A program made the position numbers and the translations under genes. Below the pieces are notes generated by a model, which worked only from the letters and a program-made list of their open reading frames with translations, searched no databases and had not been told where the DNA came from. A stretch of 64,000 bases of DNA from the human T2T-CHM13v2.0 reference genome, Homo sapiens: NCBI RefSeq assembly GCF_009914755.1, contig NC_060925.1. One strand, written 5' to 3'. Below are positions 12,601-27,000 of this stretch, piece by piece. The number at the start of each line of letters is the position of its first letter. Positions within the stretch are counted from its first letter, which is position 1.

Positions 12601-15600
12601 CATCTAATGGAATTGCATGGAATCATCATAAAATGGAATCGAATGGAATCAACATCAAATGGAATCAAATGGAATCATTGAACGGAATTGAATGGAATCG
12701 TCATCGAATGAATTGACTGCAATCATCGAATGTTCTCGAATGGAATCATCTTCAAATGGAATGGAATGGAATCATCGCATAGAATCGAATGGAATTATCA
12801 TCGAATGGAATCGAATGGAATCAACATCAAACGGAAAAAAACGGAATTATCGTATGGAATCGAAGAGAATCATCGAATAGACCAGAATGGAATCATCTAA
12901 TAGAATGGAATGGAATAATCCATGGACTCGAATGCAATCATCATCGAATGGAATCGAATGGAATCATCGAATGGACTCGAATGGAATAATCATTGAACGG
13001 AATCGAATGGAATCATCATCGGATGGAAATGAATGGAATCATCATCGAATGGAATCGAATAGAATTATGGAATGAAATCCAGTGTGATCATCATCGAATG
13101 GACAAGAATGGAATCATCATCCAACGGAAGCTAATGGAATCAACATCGAATGAATCAAATGGAAACACCATCGAATTGAAACGAATGGAATTATCATGAA
13201 ATTGAAATGGATGGACTCATCATCGAATGGATTCGAATGGAATCATCGAATAAAATTGATTGAAATCATCATCGAATGGAATCGAATGGTATCATTGAAT
13301 GGAATCGAATGGAATCATCATCAGATGGAAATGAATGGAATCGTCATAGAATGGAATCGAATGGATTCATTGAATGGAATCAGATGGAATCATCGAATGG
13401 ACTGGAATGGAATCATTGAATGGACTCGAAAGGGATCATGATTGAATGGAATTGAATGGAATCATCGAATGGTCTCGATTGGAATCATTATCAAATGGAA
13501 TCGAATGGAATCACCGAATAGAATCGAATGGAACAGTCATCGAATGGACTCAAATGGAATTATCCTCAAATGGAATCGAATGGAATTATCGAATGCAATC
13601 GAATGGAATTATCGAATGCACTCGAATAGAATCATCGAAAGGACTCGAATGGAATCATCGAATGGAATGGAATGGAACAGTCAATGAACTCGAATGGAAT
13701 CATCATTGAATGGAATCATCGAGTGGAATCGAATGGAATTATGATCAATTGGAATCGAATGTAATCATCATCAAATGGAATCAAAAATAACCATCATCAA
13801 TTGGTATTGAATGGAATTGTCATCAAATGGAATTCAAAGGAATCATCATCAAATGGAACCGAATGGAATCCTCATTGAATGGAAATGAAAGGGGTCATCA
13901 TCTAATGGAATCGCATGGAATCATCATCAAATGGAATCGAATGGAATCATCATCAAATGGAATCTAATGGAATCATTGAACAGAATTGAATGGAATCGTC
14001 ATCGAATGAATTGAATGCAATCATCGAATGGTCTCGAATGGAATCATCTTCTAATGGAAAGGAATGGAATCATCGCATAGAATCGAATGGAATTATCATC
14101 GAATGGAATCGAATGGTATCAACACCAAACGGAAAAAAACGGAATTATCGAATGGAATCGAAGAGAATCTTCGAACGGACCCGAATGGAATCATCTAATG
14201 GAATGGAATGGAATAATCCATGGACTCGAATGCAATCATCATCGAATGGAATCGAATGGAATCATCGAATGGACTCGAATGGAATAATCATTGAACAGAA
14301 TCGAATGGAATCATCATCGGATGGAAACGAATGGAATCATCATCGAATGGAAATGAAAGGAGTCATCATCTAATGGAATTGCATGGAATCATCATAAGAT
14401 GGAATCGAATGGAATCAACATCAAATGGAATCAAATGGAATCATTGAACGGAATTGAATGGAATCGTCATCGAATGAATTGACTGCAATCATCGAATGGT
14501 CTCGAATGGAATCATCTTCAAATGGAATGGAATGGAATCATCGCATAGAATCGAATGGAATTATCATCGAATGGAATCGAATGGAATCAACATCAAACGG
14601 AAAAAAACAGAATTATCGTATGGAATCGAAGAGAATCATCGAATGGACCCGAATGGAATCATCTAATGGAATGGAATGGAATAATCCATGGACTCGAATG
14701 CAATCATCATCGAATGGAATCGAATGGAATCTTCGAATGGACTCGAATGGAATAATCATTGAACGGAATCGAATGGAATCATCATCGGATGGAAATGAAT
14801 GGAATCATCATCGAATGGAATCGAATAGAATTATGGAATGAAATCCAGTGTGATCATCATCGAATGGACCCGAATGGAATCATCATCCAACGGAAGCTAA
14901 TGGAATCAACATCGAATGAATCGAATGGAAACACCATCGAATTGAAACGAATGGAATTATCATGAAATTGAAGTGGATGGACTCATCATCGAATGGATTC
15001 GAATGGAATCAACGAATAAAATTGATTGAAATCATCATCAAATGGAATCGAATGGTATCATTGAATGGAATCGAATGGAATCATCATCAGATGGAAATGA
15101 ATGGAATCGTCATAGAATGGAATCGAATGGATTCATTGAATGGAACCAGATGGAATCATCGAATGGACTGGAATGGAATCATTGAATGGACTCGAAATGG
15201 ATCATTATTGAATGGAATTGAATGGAATCATCGAATGGTCTCGATTGGAATCATTACCAAATGGAATCGAATGGAATCACCGAATAGAATCGAATGGAAC
15301 AATCATCGAATGGACTCAAATGGAATTATCCTCAAATGGAATCGAATGGAATTATCGAATGCAATCGAATGGAATTATCGAATGCAATCGAATAGAATCA
15401 TCGAAAGGACTCGAATGGAATCATCGAATGGAATGGAATGGAACAGTCAATGAACTCGAATGGAATCATCATTGAATGGAATCATCGAGTGGAATCGAAT
15501 GGAATTATGATCAATTGGAATCGAATGTAATCATCATCAAATGGAATCAAAAATAACCATCATCAATTGGTATTGAATGGAATTGTCATCAAATGGAATT

Positions 15601-16727
15601 CAAAGGAATCATCATCAAATGGAACCGAATGGAATCCTCATTGAATGGAAATGAAAGGGGTCATCATCTAATGGAATCGCATGGAATCATCATCAAATGG
15701 AATCGAATGGAATCATCATCAAATGGAATCTAATGGAATCATTGAACAGAATTGAATGGAATCGTCATCGAATGAATTGAATGCAATCATCGAATGGTCT
15801 CGAATGGAATCATCTTCTAATGGAAAGGAATGGAATCATCGCATAGAATCGAATGGAATTATCATCGAATGGAATCGAATGGTATCAACACCAAACGGAA
15901 AAAAACGGAATTATCGAATGGAATCAAAGAGAATCTTCGAACGGACCCGAATGGAATCATCTAATGGAATGGAATGGAATAATCCATGGACTCGAATGCA
16001 ATCATCATCGAATGGAATCGAATGGAATCATCGAATGGACTCGAATGGAATAATCATTGAACAGAATCGAATGGAATCATCATCGGATGGAAACGAATGG
16101 AATCATCATCGAATGGAAATGAAAGGAGTCATCATCTAATGGAATTGCATGGAATCATCATAAGATGGAATCGAATGGAATCAACATCAAATGGAATCAA
16201 ATGGAATCATTGAACAGAATTGAATGGAATCGTCATCGAATGAATTGACTGCAATCATCGAATGGTCTCGAATGGAATCATCTTCAAATGGAATGGAATG
16301 GAATCATCGCATAGAATCGAATGGAATTATCATCGAATGGAATCGAATGGAATCAACATCAAACGGAAAAAAACAGAATTATCGTATGGAATCGAAGAGA
16401 ATCATCGAATGGACCCGAATGGAATCATCTAATGGAATGGAATGGAATAATCCATGGACTCGAATGCAATCATCATCGAATGGAATCGAATGGAATCTTC
16501 GAATGGACTCGAATGGAATAATCATTGAACGGAAACGAATGGAATCATCATCGGATGGAAATGAATGGAATCATCATCGAATGGAATCGAATAGAATTAT
16601 GGAATGAAATCCAGTGTGATCATCATCGAATGGACCCGAATGGAATCATCATCCAACGGAAGCTAATGGAATCAACATCGAATGAATCGAATGGAAACAC
16701 CATCGAATTGAAACGAATGGAATTATC

Positions 16728-18035
16728 ATGAAATTGAAGTGGATGGACTCATCATCGAATGGATTCGAATGGAATCAACGAATAAAATTGATTGAAATCA
16801 TCATCAAATGGAATCGAATGGTATCATTGAATGGAATCGAATGGAATCATCATCAGATGGAAATGAATGGAATCGTCATAGAATGGAATCGAATGGATTC
16901 ATTGAATGGAATCAGATGGAATCATCGAATGGACTGGAATGGAATCATTGAATGGACTCGAAATGGATCATTATTGAATGGAATTGAATGGAATCATCGA
17001 ATGGTCTCGATTGGAATCATTACCAAATGGAATCGAATGGAATCACCGAATAGAATCGAATGGAACAATCATCGAATGGACTCAAATGGAATTATCCTCA
17101 AATGGAATCGAATGGAATTATCGAATGCAATCGAATGGAATTATCGAATGCAATCGAATAGAATCATCGAAAGGACTCGAATGGAATCATCGAATGGAAT
17201 GGAATGGAACAGTCAATGAACTCGAATGGAATCATCATTGAATGGAATCGAATGGAATCATCGAGTGGAATCGAATGGAATTATGATCAAATGGAATCGA
17301 ATGTAATCATCATCAAATGGAATCAAAAATAACCATCATCAATTGGTATTGAATGGAATTGTCATCAAATGGAATTCAAAGGAATCATCATCAAATGGAA
17401 CCGAATGGAATCCTCATTGAATGGAAATGAAAGGGGTCATCATCTAATGGAATCGCATGGAATCATCATCAAATGGAATCGAATGGAATCATCATCAAAT
17501 GGAATCTAATGGAATCATTGAACAGAATTGAATGGAATCGTCATCGAATGAATTGAATGCAATCATCGAATGGTCTCGAATGGAATCATCTTCTAATGGA
17601 AAGGAATGGAATCATCGCATAGAATCGAATGGAATTATCATCGAATGGAATCGAATGGTATCAACACCAAACGGAAAAAAACGGAATTATCGAATGGAAT
17701 CGAAGAGAATCTTCGAACGGACCCGAATGGAATCATCTAATGGAATGGAATGGAATAATCCATGGACTCGAATGCAATCATCATCGAATGGAATCGAATG
17801 GAATCTTCGAATGGACTCGAATGGAATAATCATTGAACGGAATCGAATGGAATCATCATCGGATGGAAATGAATGGAATCATCATCGAATGGAATCGAAT
17901 AGAATTATGGAATGAAATCCAGTGTGATCATCATCGAATGGACCCGAATGGAATCATCATCCAACGGAAGCTAATGGAATCAACATCGAATGAATCGAAT
18001 GGAAACACCATCGAATTGAAACGAATGGAATTATC
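16728..18035 (+). repeat. Short unit variant, 1,308 bp (single chimeric A/B sub-repeat)
   Basis: Landmark spacing 16728 to 18036 = 1,776 - 468. Confidence 0.92.
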
Positions 18036-21000
18036 ATGAAATTGAAGTGGATGGACTCATCATCGAATGGATTCGAATGGAATCAACGAATAAAATTGAT
18101 TGAAATCATCATCAAATGGAATCGAATGGTATCATTGAATGGAATCGAATGGAATCATCATCAGATGGAAATGAATGGAATCGTCATAGAATGGAATCGA
18201 ATGGATTCATTGAATGGAATCAGATGGAATCATCGAATGGACTGGAATGGAATCATTGAATGGACTCGAAATGGATCATTATTGAATGGAATTGAATGGA
18301 ATCATCGAATGGTCTCGATTGGAATCATTACCAAATGGAATCGAATGGAATCACCGAATAGAATCGAATGGAACAATCATCGAATGGACTCAAATGGAAT
18401 TATCCTCAAATGGAATCGAATGGAATTATCGAATGCAATCGAATGGAATTATCGAATGCAATCGAATAGAATCATCGAAAGGACTCGAATGGAATCATCG
18501 AATGGAATGGAATGGAACAGTCAATGAACTCGAATGGAATCATCATTGAATGGAATCGAATGGAATCATCGAGTGGAATCGAATGGAATTATGATCAAAT
18601 GGAATCGAATGTAATCATCATCAAATGGAATCAAAAATAACCATCATCAATTGGTATTGAATGGAATTGTCATCAAATGGAATTCAAAGGAATCATCATC
18701 AAATGGAACCGAATGGAATCCTGATTGAATGGAAATGAAAGGGGTCATCATCTGATGGAATCGCATGGAATCATCATCAAATGGAATCGAATGGAATCAT
18801 CATCAAATGGAATCTAATGGAATCATTGAACAGAATTGAATGGAATCGTCATCGAATGAATTGAATGCAATCATCGAATGGTCTCGAATGGAATCATCTT
18901 CTAATGGAAAGGAATGGAATCATCGCATAGAATCGAATGGAATTATCATCGAATGGAATCGAATGGTATCAACACCAAACGGAAAAAAACGGAATTATCG
19001 AATGGAATCGAAGAGAATCTTCGAACGGACCCGAATGGAATCATCTAATGGAATGGAATGGAATAATCCATGGACTCGAATGCAATCATCATCGAATGGA
19101 ATCGAATGGCGTCATCGAATGGACTCGAATGCAATAATCATTGAACGGAATCGAATGGAATCATCATCGGATGGAAACGAATGGAATCATCATCGAATGG
19201 AAATGAAAGGAGTCATCATCTAATGGAATTGCATGGAATCATCATAAAATGGAATCGAATGGAATCAACATCAAATGGAATCAAATGGAATCATTGAACG
19301 GAATTGAATGGAATCGTCATCGAATGAATTGACTGCAATCATCCAATGGTCTCGAATGGAATCATCTTCAAATGGAATGGAATGGAATCATCGCATAGAA
19401 TCGAATGGAATTATCATCGAATGGAATCGAATGGAATCAACATCCAACGGAAAAAACGGAATTATCGAATGGAATCGAAGAGAATCATCGAATGGACCCG
19501 AATGGAATCATCTAATGGAATGGAATGGAATAATCCATGGACTCGAATGCAATCATCATCGAATGGAATCGAATGGAATCATCGAATGGACTCGAATGGA
19601 ATAATCATTGAACGGAATCGAATGGAATCATCATCGGATGGAAATGAATGGAATCATCATCGAATGGAATCGAATAGAATTATGGAATGAAATCCAGTGT
19701 GATCATCATCGAATGGACCCGAATGGAATCATCATCCAACGGAAGCTAATGGAATCAACATCGAATGAATCGAATGGAAACACCATCGAATTGAAACGAA
19801 TGGAATTATCATGAAATTGAAATGGATGGACTCATCATCGAATGGATTCGAATGGAATCATCGAATAAAATTGATTGAAATCATCATCCAATGGAATCGA
19901 ATGGTATCATTGAATGGAATCGAATGGAATCATCATCAGATGGAAATGAATGGAATCGTCATAGAATGGAATCGAATGGATTCATTGAATGGAATCAGAT
20001 GGAATCATCGAATGGACTGGAATGGAATCATTGAATGGACTCGAAAGGGATCATGATTGAATGGAATTGAATGGAATCATCGAATGGTCTCGATTGGAAT
20101 CATTATCAAATGGAATCGAATGGAATCACCGAATAGAATCGAATGGAACAATCATCGAATGGACTCAAATGGAATTATCCTCCAATGGAATCGAATGGAA
20201 TTATCGAATGCAATCGAATGGAATTATCGAATGCAATCGAATAGAATCATCGAATGGACTCGAATGGAATCATCGAATGGAATGGAATGGAACAGTCAAT
20301 GAAATCGAATGGAATCATCATTGAATGGAATCGAATGGAATCATCGAGTGGAATCGAATGGAATTATGATCAAATGGAATCGAATGTAATCATCATCAAA
20401 TGGAATCAAAAATAACCATCATCAATTGGTATTGAATGGAATTGTCATCAAATGGAATTCAAAGGAATCATCATCAAATGGAACCGAATGGAATCCTCAT
20501 TGAATGGAAATGAAAGGGGTCATCATCTAATGGAATCGCATGGAATCATCATCAAATGGAATCGAATGGAATCATCATCAAATGGAATCTAATGGAATCA
20601 TTGAACAGAATTGAATGGAATCGTCATCGAATGAATTGAATGCAATCATCGAATGGTCTCGAATGGAATCATCTTCTAATGGAAAGGAATGGAATCATCG
20701 CATAGAATCGAATGGAATTATCATCGAATGGAATCGAATGGTATCAACACCAAACGGAAATAAACGGAATTATCGAATGGAATCGAAGAGAATCTTCGAA
20801 CGGACCCGAATGGAATCATCTAATGGAATGGAATGGAATAATCCATGGACTCGAATGCAATCATCATCGAATGGAATGGAATGGAATCATGGAATGGACT
20901 CGAATGGAATAATCATTGAACGGAATCGAATGGAATCATCATCGGATGGAAACGAATGGAATCATCATCGAATGGAAATGAAAGGAGTCATCATCTAATG

Positions 21001-24000
21001 GAATTGCATGGAATCATCATAAAATGGAATCGAATGGAATCAACATCAAATGGAATCAAATGGAATCATTGAACGGAATTGAATGGAATCGTCATCGAAT
21101 GAATTGACTGCAATCATCGAATGGTCTCGAATGGAATCATCTTCAAATGGAATGGAATGGAATCATCGCATAGAATCGAATGGAATTATCATCGAATGGA
21201 ATCGAATGGAATCAACATCAAACGGAAAAAAACGGAATTATCGAATGGAATCGAAGAGAATCATCGAATGGACCCGAATGGAATCATCTAATGGAATGGA
21301 ATGGAATAATCCATGGACTCGAATGCAATCATCATCGAATGGAATCGAATGGAATCATCGAATGGACTCGAATGGAATAATCATTGAACGGAATCGAATG
21401 GAATCATCATCGGATGGAAATGAATGGAATCATCATCGAATGGAATCGAATAGAATTATGGAATGAAATCCAGTGTGATCATCATCGAATGGACCCGAAT
21501 GGAATCATCATCCAACGGAAGCTAATGGAATCAACATCGAATGAATCGAATGGAAACACCATCGAATTGAAACGAATGGAATTATCATGAAATTGAAATG
21601 GATGGACTCATCATCGAATGGATTCGAATGGAATCATCGAATAAAATTGATTGAAATCATCATCGAATGGAATCGAATGGTATCATTGAATGGAATCGAA
21701 TGGAATCATCATCAGATGGAAATGAATGGAATCGTCATAGAATGGAATCGAATGGATTCATTGAATGGAATCAGATGGAATCATCGAATGGACTGGAATG
21801 GAATCATTGAATGGACTCGAAAGGGATCATGATTGAATGGAATTGAATGGAATCATCGAATGGTCTCGATTGGAATCATTATCAAATGGAATCGAATGGA
21901 ATCACCGAACAGAATCGAATGGAACAATCATCGAATGGACTCAAATGGAATTATCCTCCAATGGAATCGAATGGAATTATCGAATGCAATCGAATGGAAT
22001 TATCGAATGCAATCGAATAGAAACATCGAATGGACTCGAATGGAATCATCGAATGGAATGGAATGGAACAGTCAATGAACTCGAATGGAGTCATCATTGA
22101 ATGGAATCGAATGGAATCATCGAGTGGAATCGAATGGAATTATGATCAAATGGAATCGAATGTAATCATCATCTAATGGAATCAAAAATAACCATCATCA
22201 ATTGGTATTGAATGGAATTGTCATCAAATGGAATTCAAAGGAATCATCATCAAATGGAACCGAATGGAATCCTCATTGAATGGAAATGAAAGGGGTCATC
22301 ATCTAATGGAATCGCATGGAATCATCATCAAATGGAATCGAATGGAATCATCATCAAATGGAATCTAATGGAATCATTGAACAGAATTGAATGGAATCGT
22401 CATCGAATGAATTGAATGCAATCATCGAATGGTCTCGAATGGAATCATCTTCTAATGGAAAGGAATGGAATCATCGCATAGAATCGAATGGAATTATCAT
22501 CGAATGGAATCGAATGGTATCAACACCAAACGGAAAAAAACGGAATTATCGAATGGAATCGAAGAGAATCTTCGAACGGACCCGAATGGAATCATCTAAT
22601 GGAATGGAATGGAATAATCCATGGACTCGAATGCAATCATCATCGAATGGAATCGAATGGAATCATCGAATGGACTCGAATGGAATAATCATTGAACGGA
22701 ATCGAATGGAATCATCATCGGATGGAAACGAATGGAATCATCATCGAATGGAAATGAAAGGAGTCATCATCTAATGGAATTGCATGGAATCATCATAAAA
22801 TGGAATCGAATGGAATCAACATCAAATGGAATCAAATGGAATCATTGAACGGAATTGAATGGAATCGTCATCGAATGAATTGACTGCAATCATCGAATGG
22901 TCTCGAATGGAATCATCTTCAAATGGAATGGAATGGAATCATCGCATAGAATCGAATGGAATTATCATCGAATGGAATCGAATGAAATCAACATCAAACG
23001 GAAAAAAACAGAATTATCGTATGGAATCGAAGAGAATCATCGAATGGACCCGAATGGAATCATCTAATGGAATGGAATGGAATAATCCATGGACTCGAAT
23101 GCAATCATCATCGAATGGAATCGAATGGAATCATCGAATGGACTCGAATGGAATAATCATTGAACGGAATCGAATGGAATCATCATCGGATGGAAATGAA
23201 TGGAATCATCATCGAATGGAATCGAATAGAATTATGGAATGAAATCCAGTGTGATCATCATCGAATGGACCCGAATGGAATCATCATCCAACGGAAACTA
23301 ATGGAATCAACATCGAATGAATCGAATGGAAACACCATCGAATTGAAACGAATGGAATTATCATGAAATTGAAATGGATGGACTCATCATCGAATGGATT
23401 CGAATGGAATCATCGAATAAAATTGATTGAAATCATCATCAAATGGAATCGAATGGTATCATTGAATGGAATCGAATGGAATCATCATCAGATGGAAATG
23501 AATGGAATCGTCATAGAATGGAATCGAATGGATTCATTGAATGGAATCAGATGGAATCATCGAATGGACTGGAATGGAATCATTGAATGGACTCGAAAGG
23601 GATCATCATTGAATGGAATTGAATGGAATCATCGAATGGTCTCGATTGGAATCATTACCAAATGGAATCGAATGGAATCACCGAATAGAATCGAATGGAA
23701 CAATCATCGAATGGACTCAAATGGAATTATCCTCAAATGGAATCGAATGGAATTATCGAATGCAATCGAATGGAATTATCGAATGCAATCGAATAGAATC
23801 ATCGAAAGGACTCGAATGGAATCATCGAATGGAATGGAATGGAACAGTCAATGAACTCGAATGGAATCATCATTGAATGGAATCGAATGGAATCATCGAG
23901 TGGAATCGAATGGAATTATGATCAAATGGAATCGAATGTAATCATCATCAAATGGAATCAAAAATAACCATCATCAATTGGTATTGAATGGAATTGTCAT

Positions 24001-27000
24001 CAAATGGAATTCAAAGGAATCATCATCAAATGGAACCGAATGGAATCCTCATTGAATGGAAATGAAAGGGGTCATCATCTAATGGAATCGCATGGAATCA
24101 TCATCAAATGGAATCGAATGGAATCATCATCAAATGGAATCTAATGGAATCATTGAACAGAATTGAATGGAATCGTCATCGAATGAATTGAATGCAATCA
24201 TCGAATGGTCTCGAATGGAATCATCTTCTAATGGAAAGGAATGGAATCATCGCATAGAATCGAATGGAATTATCATCGAATGGAATCGAATGGTATCAAC
24301 ACCAAACGGAAAAAAACGGAATTATCGAATGGAATCGAAGAGAATCTTCGAACGGACCCGAATGGAATCATCTAATGGAATGGAATGGAATAATCCATGG
24401 ACTCGAATGCAATCATCATCGAATGGAATCGAATGGAATCATCGAATGGACTCGAATGGAATAATCATTGAACGGAATCGAATGGAATCATCATCGGATG
24501 GAAACGAATGGAATCATCATCGAATGGAAATGAAAGGAGTCATCATCTAATGGAATTGCATGGAATCATCATAAAATGGAATCGAATGGAATCAACATCA
24601 AATGGAATCAAATGGAATCATTGAACGGAATTGAATGGAATCGTCATCGAATGAATTGAATGCAATCATCGAATGGTCTCGAATGGAATCATCTTCAAAT
24701 GGAATGGAATGGAATCATCGCATAGAATCGAATGGAATTATCATCGAATGGAATCGAATGGAATCAACATCAAACGGAAAAAAACAGAATTATCGTATGG
24801 AATCGAAGAGAATCATCGAAGGGACCCGAATGGAATCATCTAATGGAATGGAATGGAATAATCCATGGACTCGAATGCAATCATCATCGAATGGAATCGA
24901 ATGGAATCATCGAATGGACTCGAATGGAATAATCATTGAACGGAATCGAATGGAATCATCATCGGATGGAAATGAATGGAATCATCATCGAATGGAATCG
25001 AATAGAATTATGGAATGAAATCCAGTGTGATCATCATCGAATGGACCCGAATGGAATCATCATCTAACGGAAGCTAATGGAATCAACATCGAATGAATCG
25101 AATGGAAACACCATCGAATTGAAACGAATGGAATTATCATGAAATTGAAATGGATGGACTCATCATCGAATGGATTCGAATGGAATCATCGAATAAAATT
25201 GATTGAAATCATCATCCAATGGAATCGAATGGTATCATTGAATGGAATCGAATGGAATCATCATCAGATGGAAATGAATGGAATCGTCATAAAATGGAAT
25301 CGAATGGATTCATTGAATGGAATCAGATGGAATCATCGAATGGACTGGAATGGAATCATTGAATGGACTCGAAAGGGATCATGATTGAATGGAATTGAAT
25401 GGAATCATCGAATGGTCTCGATTGGAATCATTATCAAATGGAATCGAATGGAATCACCGAACAGAATCGAATGGAACAATCATCGAATGGACTCAAATGG
25501 AATTATCCTCCAATGGAATCGAATGGAATTATCGAATGCAATCGAATAGAATCATCGAATGGACTCGAATGGAATCATCGAATGGAATGGAATGGAACAG
25601 TCAATGAACTCGAATGGAATCATCATTGAATGGAATCGAATGGAATCATCGAGTGGAATTGAATGGAATTATGATCAAATGGAATCGAATGTAATCATCA
25701 TCAAATGGAATCAAAAATAACCATCATCAATTGGTATTGAATGGAATTGTCATCAAATGGAATTCAAAGGAATCATCATCAAATGGAACCGAATGGAATC
25801 CTCATTGAATGGAAATGAAAGGGGTCATCATCTAATGGAATCGCATGGAATCATCATCAAATGGAATCGAATGGAATCATCATCAAATGGAATCTACTGG
25901 AATCATTGAACAGAATTGAATGGAATCGTCATCGAATGAATTGAATGCAATCATCGAATGGTCTCGAATGGAATCATCTTCTAATGGAAAGGAATGGAAT
26001 CATCGCATAGAATCGAATGGAATTATCATCGAATGGAATCGAATGGTATCAACACCAAACGGAAAAAAACGGAATTATCGAATGGAATCGAAGAGAATCT
26101 TCGAACGGACCCGAATGGAATCATCTAATGGAATGGAATGGAATAATCCATGGACTCGAATGCAATCATCATCGAATGGAATCGAATGGAATCATCGAAT
26201 GGACTCGAATGGAATAATCATTGAACGGAATCGAATGGAATCATCATCGGATGGAAACGAATGGAATCATCATCGAATGGAAATGAAAGGAGTCATCATC
26301 TAATGGAATTGCATGGAATCATCATAAAATGGAATCGAATGGAATCAACATCAAATGGAATCAAATGGAATCATTGAACGGAATTGAATGGAATCGTCAT
26401 CGAATGAATTGACTGCAATCATCGAATGGTCTCGAATGGAATCATCTTCAAATGGAATGGAATGGAATCATCGCATAGAATCGAATGGAATTATCATCGA
26501 ATGGAATCGAATGGAATCAACATCAAACGGAAAAAAACGGAATTATCGAATGGAATCGAAGAGAATCATCGAATGGACCCGAATGGAATCATCTAATGGA
26601 ATGGAATGGAATAATCCATGGACTCGAATGCAATCATCATCGAATGGAATCGAATGGAATCATCGAATGGACTCGAATGGAATAATCATTGAACGGAATC
26701 GAATGGAATCATCATCGGATGGAAATGAATGGAATCATCATCGAATGGAATCGAATAGAATTATGGAATGAAATCCAGTGTGATCATCATCGAATGGACC
26801 CGAATGGAATCATCATCCAACGGAAGCTAATGGAATCAACATCGAATGAATCGAATGGAAACACCATCGAATTGAAACGAATGGAATTATCATGAAATTG
26901 AAATGGATGGACTCATCATCGAATGGATTCGAATGGAATCATCGAATAAAATTGATTGAAATCATCATCGAATGGAATCGAATGGTATCATTGAATGGAA

